Below, piece after piece: positions 1 through 5,739 of a stretch of 55,322 nucleotides of DNA. Every line of letters starts with the position of its first letter. Position 1 is the first letter of the stretch. The position numbers were made by a program, and so were the translations under genes. Under the pieces are notes generated by a model. That model made no database searches. It had not been told where the DNA came from and saw nothing but the letters and a program-made list of their open reading frames with translations. Source of the stretch: a virus (Duplodnaviria > Caudoviricetes); the IMG/VR virus record IMGVR_UViG_3300037584_004943, positions 1 through 55,322 of that record; one strand, written 5' to 3'.

Positions 1-175
1 TAGCAAAACGTAGTGGAAACTTGTTCTCTGGCCCATACATTAAATGTATTGGTAGCTCGTATACGTGTGTACCATTTTTACGTTGACGCTCTGTTGTTAT
101 CTCTTTGATACCTAGTATCTTGAAGATAGTCATTGCCTCGCGGGCAGATCTAATTTCTGTTGACATGTATTCCAT
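1..175 (-). CDS. hypothetical early protein, partial (runs off window)
   Basis: ATG at 175-173; hand-translated open frame MEYMSTEIRSAREAMTIFKILGIKEITTERQRKNG... continues to the window edge. Confidence 0.7.
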   Translation of the reverse strand, partial: MEYMSTEIRSAREAMTIFKILGIKEITTERQRKNGTHVYELPIHLMYGPENKFPLRFA

Positions 176-197
176 ATTATTTAATTTACTTTATAAA

Positions 198-286
198 ACG
201 AGGTGGCCAAGTGAGTAAGAACAGTCAGGCTGGGGCCTCACCTGTTAGTTCCATTTTACTGAACACGTCTCACGCGCCACACTCGT
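198..286 (-). ncRNA. unclassified structured RNA element (three-way junction) in intergenic region
   Basis: Nested complementary pairs: 198-202/282-286, 203-207/276-280, 211-215/269-273, 220-224/242-246, 227-230/235-238, 248-251/261-264. GC-rich relative to flanks; begins 4 nt after the stop of 290..505. Confidence 0.6.
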
Positions 287-289
287 ATA

Positions 290-505
290 TTATTTAAGGC
301 AAGTGCCGTAACCTTTACGACTACCTGCTTTTATTAGTGCTGCAGATTGTGCTTGCGACACTATTTGTATTGTATTACCTGTTTTGTGATTAGTGAGTGG
401 AGCACAAGCAACACGCTCGATACCACTACAACTTACACAAGTTTTGTACCCGTATTTAATTCTTATTGGGTGTACGGGCTCACCACATTTACAATAATTA
501 TTCAT
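290..505 (-). CDS. small C4 zinc-finger protein (DksA/TraR-like finger)
   Basis: CKCGEPV...R...TCVSC pattern; repeated promoter motif directly upstream. Confidence 0.6.
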   Translation of the reverse strand: MNNYCKCGEPVHPIRIKYGYKTCVSCSGIERVACAPLTNHKTGNTIQIVSQAQSAALIKAGSRKGYGTCLK

Positions 506-537
506 ATTTAATAAGCTTTTGTCATATTATATTCAAT

Positions 538-570
538 TATATTATCCAAAAGTAATCGTATTTAATTTGT
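538..570 (-). promoter_or_regulatory. putative early promoter, copy 1 (minus strand ACAnAnTnnnTACGA-N7-TGGATAATA)
   Basis: One of six 33-bp copies with invariant spacing, each upstream of a minus-strand start codon. Confidence 0.75.
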
Positions 571-572
571 AT

Positions 573-956
573 TTATTTTACGTTTGGTTTTGAAATCCAT
601 ACTTGAAATACTTTTTCTGTCGCTACAAGTTTATAAGTTGTTGCAAAAGAATCTACAGTTTTACATTGTGTTGGATTATCTCCTTGCTTAGTGCATAACT
701 CTCTAGTGTCACCTACTTCATCACTCATATTTACCGTAACGCTTTTAGCTCCAGTGTATTTCACATAGTGATAGTTTTTATTGTGTTTACCAATATAAAA
801 ATACTCTAAGTCTTCATAATTCATATCTTCACAGTATAACACCATCTCGCTTCTACCAAATATACCTTTAGTTGTTACGTCAATTATTTCTGGTATTTGT
901 GCTTTAACCACATGATTACCTAGTAGTAATGCAACTGATAATGTTAATTTTTTCAT
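573..956 (-). CDS. secreted hypothetical protein
   Basis: Sec-type signal peptide MKKLTLSVALLLGNHVVKA|Q. Confidence 0.75.
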   Translation of the reverse strand: MKKLTLSVALLLGNHVVKAQIPEIIDVTTKGIFGRSEMVLYCEDMNYEDLEYFYIGKHNKNYHYVKYTGAKSVTVNMSDEVGDTRELCTKQGDNPTQCKTVDSFATTYKLVATEKVFQVWISKPNVK

Positions 957-957
957 A

Positions 958-1440
958 TTAGTATACCTCTGTTAATTTAATTTCTCTTTTATTATTAGTA
1001 GTTTCAACATAGAATTTAGCATTATACATGTTTTCATGTAACAAGTATACTGCTAGTTCGTCGTGACCGCTTAGTTGAGCGTGTATGTTACCTTTGATAA
1101 AAGAGCTCGCTATACCACTAATTTGGTTTTTAAGACTACTAAAACCTACGATTTTCTCACCGTTTAGCTCTGCGTAGAACTCAAAACTGTCATAGCGAAC
1201 GTCGTTTATTTCAGGTAAGTTAGCGATATTTACTACATAGGCAACGCCAAAGTTAACAGTCCAGCTAGTGTCGAGACCACTACAACTTGATATTGCACGA
1301 GTAGTTACGCTGTTGTCACTCATAATTTTTACATTACAAGCATTAATTAAGTCTTGCTCATACTGCTCTTGTCTACTTTCACAAGAGGTTAATGCGAGAG
1401 TAGTTGCTACTGCCATCGCTATAAATTTGTTATTCTTCAT
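958..1440 (-). CDS. putative lipoprotein
   Basis: MKNNKFIAMAVATTLALTS|C lipobox. Confidence 0.75.
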   Translation of the reverse strand: MKNNKFIAMAVATTLALTSCESRQEQYEQDLINACNVKIMSDNSVTTRAISSCSGLDTSWTVNFGVAYVVNIANLPEINDVRYDSFEFYAELNGEKIVGFSSLKNQISGIASSFIKGNIHAQLSGHDELAVYLLHENMYNAKFYVETTNNKREIKLTEVY

Positions 1441-1510
1441 AAATATGTCTTTTTAGTGCTACTAAATAATAGTAGATTAGTAAATATACCGCTAAATCTA
1501 TTGGTGTCAT
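1430..1510 (-). CDS. 26-aa hydrophobic microprotein (not in ORF track)
   Basis: MTPIDLAVYLLIYYYLVALKRHIYEE*; start coupled to the upstream stop (TAATG) and fills the intergenic gap exactly. Confidence 0.5.
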   Translation of the reverse strand: MTPIDLAVYLLIYYYLVALKRHIYEE

Positions 1511-1770
1511 TAGTTTTCGTTTTCAATTAATATAGTTCTATTTCTTACTGTAAATAGTATTTCATCTAAGTTTTCTAAGTAACTAATTCCAGTTTCAGTA
1601 TCTACTTCACCTGATTTTATATCCTCAGTAATCCACTCTATCATATCTTCAACAGTATTTATCACTTCTAAATGGTCTTCTCTTTCGATAATCACTTTTT
1701 CATCTTGTGCTTGAGCGAAACATATTCCGCTTAGTAATACACTTGCTACAGTTAATTTAATTTTATTCAT
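1510..1770 (-). CDS. secreted acidic hypothetical protein
   Basis: Signal peptide MNKIKLTVASVLLSGICFA|Q. Confidence 0.75.
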   Translation of the reverse strand: MNKIKLTVASVLLSGICFAQAQDEKVIIEREDHLEVINTVEDMIEWITEDIKSGEVDTETGISYLENLDEILFTVRNRTILIENEN

Positions 1771-1771
1771 A

Positions 1772-1945
1772 TTAGTAGTATTTATTTGCTTGTTCTTCGT
1801 TATACTTCTCTTCTAGTTTAGCAAACCACTTATCAAACTCAGCAAACTTATCATGCTCGTGCTTTACTTTAATCTTTTCTCGTGTTACCTTATTGTCTTT
1901 GTCAATAGATAAACTTATTCCATATTGTTCCCAAGTAAATTTCAT
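1772..1945 (-). CDS. hypothetical early protein (start uncertain; MKFTWEQ start preferred over 1999)
   Basis: ORF track 1772..1999; the internal ATG avoids overlap with 1962..2198. Confidence 0.6.
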   Translation of the reverse strand: MKFTWEQYGISLSIDKDNKVTREKIKVKHEHDKFAEFDKWFAKLEEKYNEEQANKYY

Positions 1946-1961
1946 ATTATTATTCTTTATT

Positions 1962-2198
1962 TTATTCCCAAGAGCGACCATGTTTACGGTCGTCTTCAAT
2001 TAGTTTTTGTACACATTTTCCCCATGACTCACGACTCTTATATCTCTTGTCTGCACTTGACATATATTCTTCAATATACTTATCTACTTCTTCCATAGTT
2101 TCTGCACCGAGAGATGTCCACTCGCCATACTTATCTGTCATCTCTACTCTGTATATTCCAGAGTCATATTGAGTTATTTCCACTGATTCTTTATTCAT
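1962..2198 (-). CDS. hypothetical early protein
   Basis: 78-aa ORF with AT-rich leader, co-oriented with neighbours. Confidence 0.7.
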   Translation of the reverse strand: MNKESVEITQYDSGIYRVEMTDKYGEWTSLGAETMEEVDKYIEEYMSSADKRYKSRESWGKCVQKLIEDDRKHGRSWE

Positions 2199-2209
2199 AA
2201 TTGTAATTT

Positions 2210-2252
2210 TAGTAGTGTGGGTGGAATCGAACCACCATTAACCGTTCACACT
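2210..2252 (-). ncRNA. tRNA-like minihelix (acceptor-like stem + T arm; no D or anticodon arm)
   Basis: Minus strand AGTGTG-AACGGTTAAT-GGTGG-TTCGATT-CCACC-CACACT-ACTA: 6-bp stem stacked on a 5-bp stem with a canonical T loop. Confidence 0.7.
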
Positions 2253-2482
2253 TAGTCTACTTGGCACTCTCTCGCCCAAGTCGGAATATTATTTGAGTTG
2301 GTATAATTACCATACTTTTGGAAACATTCCATTTCTTCTAGTTTCTCTTGATTTAAAGAGTAAACACCGTCGTGGTCATATTTAATGACGTCACCTTTTT
2401 TGTTAGTAAACTGAATCACTAATTCTTTACCAACCATTCCTTTTGAGACTACAAATCTCTTTTTTTCTACTACATTTGACAT
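2252..2482 (-). CDS. hypothetical early protein, paralog A (of 3630..3845)
   Basis: Shares KKRFV.SK and the identical block MECFQKYGNYTNSNN with 3630..3845. Confidence 0.85.
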   Translation of the reverse strand: MSNVVEKKRFVVSKGMVGKELVIQFTNKKGDVIKYDHDGVYSLNQEKLEEMECFQKYGNYTNSNNIPTWARECQVD

Positions 2483-2489
2483 AATTCTT

Positions 2490-2684
2490 TTATTTTAGTA
2501 AGTTAATTGTTTTAGTTAATATTTCTTCTTTTTCTACCATACTACAAGTATCATAACCGAACTCTGAGTATATTTCTTGAGCCAACAAGTCTTGTATTTT
2601 ATTCCAGTATGTTACCATTATATCTGTATCACCATATTGTTTCGCGTAGTTGTAATGGTATTTTAAGGTATTTAATTTAGTCAT
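2490..2684 (-). CDS. hypothetical early protein
   Basis: 64-aa ORF directly downstream of promoter copy 2. Confidence 0.7.
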   Translation of the reverse strand: MTKLNTLKYHYNYAKQYGDTDIMVTYWNKIQDLLAQEIYSEFGYDTCSMVEKEEILTKTINLLK

Positions 2685-2705
2685 AATTTATATATTTTTA
2701 TCAGT

Positions 2706-2738
2706 TATATTATCCAATTAGTATCGTATTTAATTTGT
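2706..2738 (-). promoter_or_regulatory. putative early promoter, copy 2
   Basis: Plus strand TATATTATCCA-attagta-TCGTATTTAATTTGT. Confidence 0.75.
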
Positions 2739-2968
2739 TATTTTGATGGAGTATATTGTCCGTCAAGGTATTTATTAAACGTAGTAATATCTTTGTTGAA
2801 TGACTTTAATTCTTCTAAGTCAATATAAGTATAACCTTTTAATGAGAATTGTTTTGACAATGGTATTTCTTGATAATAAGAAGGTAATTGATGTAATTGA
2901 AAAGGTATATAAGTTTTATTGTTTAGAGTAATAATGTTAAGTTGATTTGATTTAATAGAATTTGACAT
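2738..2968 (-). CDS. hypothetical early protein
   Basis: 76-aa ORF downstream of promoter copy 3. Confidence 0.7.
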   Translation of the reverse strand: MSNSIKSNQLNIITLNNKTYIPFQLHQLPSYYQEIPLSKQFSLKGYTYIDLEELKSFNKDITTFNKYLDGQYTPSK

Positions 2969-3013
2969 TGTTAATTAATTTTTAAGTTTATTATTATTTA
3001 TTTTAAGTTCAAT

Positions 3014-3046
3014 TATATTATCCAGTTTAAGTCGTATTTAGTCTGT
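3014..3046 (-). promoter_or_regulatory. putative early promoter, copy 3
   Basis: Plus strand TATATTATCCA-gtttaag-TCGTATTTAGTCTGT. Confidence 0.75.
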
Positions 3047-3169
3047 TTTTTTATTCTCATTTATTAATACTTTGTAAGGAGTACCGTTGTAAAAACGAAG
3101 TAATTGTTTTGAATTTAGTTTGTTTAATTTCTTGTCGAAACAAACTCTGTAAGTTTTATTTTTTTTCAT
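3038..3169 (-). CDS. 43-aa basic microprotein (not in ORF track)
   Basis: Hand translation MKKNKTYRVCFDKKLNKLNSKQLLRFYNGTPYKVLINENKKTD*. Confidence 0.5.
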   Translation of the reverse strand: MKKNKTYRVCFDKKLNKLNSKQLLRFYNGTPYKVLINENKKTD

Positions 3170-3180
3170 AAGAATATTTT

Positions 3181-3306
3181 TTAATTGTTTAATAAATAGG
3201 TTATATCATCTAGAGTAGTTTCCATATATTTCTCTCGACATTCATTCTTATTATATTTGAATATATTTTTTAATAAGAATTGAAGAATTTTAATTTTTAA
3301 GGTCAT
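3181..3306 (-). CDS. 41-aa microprotein (not in ORF track)
   Basis: Hand translation MTLKIKILQFLLKNIFKYNKNECREKYMETTLDDITYLLNN*; ATG 25 nt downstream of promoter copy 4. Confidence 0.55.
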   Translation of the reverse strand: MTLKIKILQFLLKNIFKYNKNECREKYMETTLDDITYLLNN

Positions 3307-3330
3307 AATTTATTATTTATTAGATTCATA

Positions 3331-3363
3331 TATATTATCCAACGAGTATCGTATTTAGTTTGT
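3331..3363 (-). promoter_or_regulatory. putative early promoter, copy 4
   Basis: Plus strand TATATTATCCA-acgagta-TCGTATTTAGTTTGT. Confidence 0.75.
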
Positions 3364-3401
3364 ATGTAAAAGTAGGTAAATCGTTTAGTGAATAGAAATC
3401 G

Positions 3402-3512
3402 TTAGGAGTTACTACTCTCATTCTCTTGTTCTATAACGAATTTTTCCATAAAGTAACAAATTGTACCAGTAATTGTAAGAATAGTAATAATTTCTAAAAT
3501 GTATAATAACAT
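3402..3512 (-). CDS. 36-aa single-TM microprotein (not in ORF track)
   Basis: Hand translation MLLYILEIITILTITGTICYFMEKFVIEQENESSNS*; AT-rich leader like neighbours. Confidence 0.55.
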   Translation of the reverse strand: MLLYILEIITILTITGTICYFMEKFVIEQENESSNS

Positions 3513-3526
3513 ATAATTTAATTTAG

Positions 3527-3573
3527 TGTGACATTAGGTAGTTAAGTAAAGAATAGTAATACCCTTTTGTCAC
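3527..3573. repeat. 47-bp element bounded by inverted repeat GTGACA/TGTCAC, copy 1
   Basis: TGTGACATTAG....TTAAG...TAGTA..ACCCTT.TGTCAC; second copy at 4170-4215. Confidence 0.75.
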
Positions 3574-3579
3574 TGTTTT

Positions 3580-3629
3580 GTAATAGACTACCGAAGTAGT
3601 TTCGACTATTGAAGTCTCATCAGTATTAC
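3580..3629 (-). ncRNA. type I hammerhead ribozyme
   Basis: Minus strand GUAAUA-CUGAUGA-GACU(UCAAU)AGUC-GAAA-CUAC(UUCG)GUAG-UC-UAUUAC: complete conserved core, three perfect stems, GUC cleavage triplet. Confidence 0.92.
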
Positions 3630-3845
3630 TTATGAAAGTCGAGCCCACACAGGTAAGTTATTACTGTTAGTGTAGTTACCGTATTTCTGGAAACACTCCA
3701 TAGTTTCAAGTTTCTCTTGATTGATTGAGTATACATCGTCATGATTGTAAGTGAATGTACCTTTTTTAGTTGTGAATGTAATTTCTACATTTTGTCCGAT
3801 TAGAGATTTTGAGATAACGAATCTTTTCTTTGTCAATTTAGTCAT
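3630..3845 (-). CDS. hypothetical early protein, paralog B (of 2252..2482)
   Basis: See paralog A; downstream of promoter copy 5. Confidence 0.85.
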   Translation of the reverse strand: MTKLTKKRFVISKSLIGQNVEITFTTKKGTFTYNHDDVYSINQEKLETMECFQKYGNYTNSNNLPVWARLS

Positions 3846-3878
3846 AATAATTTAATTTAGTTTAATAGTTTATTTGTA

Positions 3879-3911
3879 TATATTATCCAATGTTAGTCGT
3901 ATTTATATTGT
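3879..3911 (-). promoter_or_regulatory. putative early promoter, copy 5
   Basis: Plus strand TATATTATCCA-atgttag-TCGTATTTATATTGT. Confidence 0.75.
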
Positions 3912-3998
3912 GAATAATATTGTTAGTTGTATTGTTATTGTAATAAGTTGTAGTATTATTGTATTTGTTTTATTGTATGTATTATTTGAATTTCTCAT
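3903..3998 (-). CDS. 31-aa hydrophobic microprotein (shortened from track ORF 3903..4154)
   Basis: MRNSNNTYNKTNTIILQLITITIQLTILFTI*; ATG just downstream of promoter copy 6. Confidence 0.45.
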   Translation of the reverse strand: MRNSNNTYNKTNTIILQLITITIQLTILFTI

Positions 3999-4004
3999 TA
4001 CATA

Positions 4005-4037
4005 GTTATTATCCAATACATATCGTACTAAGTTTGT
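4005..4037 (-). promoter_or_regulatory. putative early promoter, copy 6
   Basis: Plus strand GTTATTATCCA-atacata-TCGTACTAAGTTTGT. Confidence 0.7.
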
Positions 4038-4169
4038 AAAAACGTAGAAAAATACAGAAAATCGGTAAAATATGTGGCGGGCTGGTGAAATAATATTGAT
4101 TTTTGTATATGGCTGGGTATCAGGTAGGTAGGGGGCTACACAAAATATATACATTTATAACAATTTTTT

Positions 4170-4215
4170 TGTGACATTAGCCTATTAAGAAGTATTAGTA
4201 GCACCCTTGTGTCAC
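4170..4215. repeat. 46-bp element bounded by inverted repeat GTGACA/TGTCAC, copy 2
   Basis: TGTGACATTAGcctaTTAAGaagtatTAGTAgcACCCTTgTGTCAC. Confidence 0.75.
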
Positions 4216-4253
4216 GCTTTTAATATATTAACTATACGAGTAATAATATCTAT

Positions 4254-4499
4254 ATGGCACAGAAACTATCACCAGAAGCTGCTAAAGCTAAAGCCAAGAG
4301 AGATCTTGAGTATGCTAAGTCTCCTAAGCGTAAGCTAAGGAAGGCTCAGAATCAAGTAAAGCGTCGTGCTTTAAAAAAGAAAGGTTTTAGCTTATCTAAT
4401 AAAGACGTGCATCACTGTCCTGAGTCTGGTAAATTAACATTGGTGTCGGTAGCTAGTAATAGAGGTAATTTCGGTAACGGTACTAAAAACGAAGGATAA
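4254..4499 (+). CDS. small basic HNH-like protein
   Basis: KDVHH...SNRG motif typical of minimal phage HNH proteins. Confidence 0.55.
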   Translation: MAQKLSPEAAKAKAKRDLEYAKSPKRKLRKAQNQVKRRALKKKGFSLSNKDVHHCPESGKLTLVSVASNRGNFGNGTKNEG

Positions 4500-4867
4500 T
4501 GGCATACGTACAAAAAAATAATCCGTTTCCAGTTACTAGCTGTGGTAGACGTAGAGCTGGTGGTATAGGTAGTGGCTTTTTAAAAGCTGAACCACGTAGG
4601 ACTATTGGAAGAGGTAAAAACTTTAATCCAGTATCAAAAGATAAGAGTGCTACAGGTGGCGCAGCAGGTGGTGGTATGACTGAGAAAGGTGTTACAGAAT
4701 ACAAGCTTAAGAATCCTGGTAGTAAGTTACAAACCGCAGTGACAACACCTCCTTCTAAGCTTAAACCTGGTAGTAAAGCTGCTAAACGTAGAAAATCATT
4801 CTGCGCTAGATCTAAAAACTGGAAAAGTGAAAGAGGTTTAGCTGCTAGACGTAGATGGAATTGTTAA
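4499..4867 (+). CDS. small basic phage protein (RRKSFCAR...RRWNC, DUF6321-like)
   Basis: Motif recognised from phage small basic proteins; N-terminus MAYVQKNNPF. Confidence 0.7.
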   Translation: MAYVQKNNPFPVTSCGRRRAGGIGSGFLKAEPRRTIGRGKNFNPVSKDKSATGGAAGGGMTEKGVTEYKLKNPGSKLQTAVTTPPSKLKPGSKAAKRRKSFCARSKNWKSERGLAARRRWNC

Positions 4868-4884
4868 TACACATATATTAAGAC

Positions 4885-5139
4885 ATGGCGTTCAAAATGA
4901 AATATAAAAACCTTGAAGAGGTTGTAAAAGAATTAAAAGGTGCTGTTAAGGCTCATGCTAGACAAGCTAGTGTTGTAGAAGGCCATATTAAAGACATGCG
5001 TAAGTCTTCGCCTAAAAAAGGTAAGATTAGTGCTAGTTGTAAAGCTCAAGCTAAAAAGAAATTTAAAGTTTGGCCTAGCGCGTACGCTTCTGGTTGGGGT
5101 GTTAGATGTACTCGCGGTGATTTTAAGAAAAAAAAGTAA
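4885..5139 (+). CDS. small basic phage protein (MAFKMK N-terminus; WPSAYA motif)
   Basis: ORF track; Lys-rich. Confidence 0.75.
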   Translation: MAFKMKYKNLEEVVKELKGAVKAHARQASVVEGHIKDMRKSSPKKGKISASCKAQAKKKFKVWPSAYASGWGVRCTRGDFKKKK

Positions 5140-5414
5140 TGGCTTTTGAACAATTAAATAATCCGTTTAAGAAAGTAAAAGGTGGTGGTACTAGAAAAGT
5201 ATGCCTACCCGCAGCTAAAGTTCGTAGCATGTCAAAAGAAGAGCGTCAGAAAGTTGTCAACGCTAAAAAAGCTGCTGCTTCAAAAGGTAAATACAAGAGA
5301 TCAAGCAAAAGTAATGTAAAAGGTGCTCGTAAGAAAGGCGCTACGCTTAGAGATTGGTTCCAAAAAGAAAACTGGGTGCAAGTTGGTAATCCTAGTAAAA
5401 AGTGCGGCGAATAA
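5139..5414 (+). CDS. small basic phage protein (CLP..K and LRDWF.E.W motifs)
   Basis: ORF track; TAATG coupling; N-terminus MAFEQLNNPF. Confidence 0.75.
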   Translation: MAFEQLNNPFKKVKGGGTRKVCLPAAKVRSMSKEERQKVVNAKKAAASKGKYKRSSKSNVKGARKKGATLRDWFQKENWVQVGNPSKKCGE

Positions 5415-5448
5415 GTAATAGTATAAACATCGATAAATAAATAAAGAT

Positions 5449-5736
5449 ATGGCATTTAAAATGTATGGCAAATCGCCAATGATGAAAGCTTTAATTGGAA
5501 AGCAAAAAAATTTACCAGAAGAGTTAAAAGCTAAAATTCTAGCTGCTCCAGATGATTCACCTAAAAAAATGTATGGTAAGTCACCTAAGAAAAAATATAA
5601 GTCAGATGCTCAACGCAAAGCGGTGCACGCTAGTAAAGCTGAGTCTGGAATGAAAAATTATATGAACCCAGAAGAGTACAAGGTTTTCAACATGGGTAAT
5701 ACACCTAAGAAAATGTACGGTAAAAAGAAAAAATAA
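5449..5736 (+). CDS. basic protein with KMYGK and SPKK repeats (putative DNA-binding internal protein)
   Basis: KMYGK x3; SPKK x2 and TPKK. Confidence 0.75.
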   Translation: MAFKMYGKSPMMKALIGKQKNLPEELKAKILAAPDDSPKKMYGKSPKKKYKSDAQRKAVHASKAESGMKNYMNPEEYKVFNMGNTPKKMYGKKKK

Positions 5737-5739
5737 GAT

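Noticed and set aside
2210-2290. Complete tRNA gene
   Set aside because: Only the T arm and an acceptor-like stem exist; there is no D or anticodon arm and the upstream sequence is coding
538-4037. 33-bp repeats as a CRISPR array
   Set aside because: Spacing ranges from about 126 to over 2100 bp, the intervals contain ORFs, the repeat centre is variable and no cas genes are present
3903-4154. 83-aa ORF as listed in the track
   Set aside because: It runs through promoter copy 6 and the divergence region; the ATG at 3998 fits the promoter-ORF pattern better
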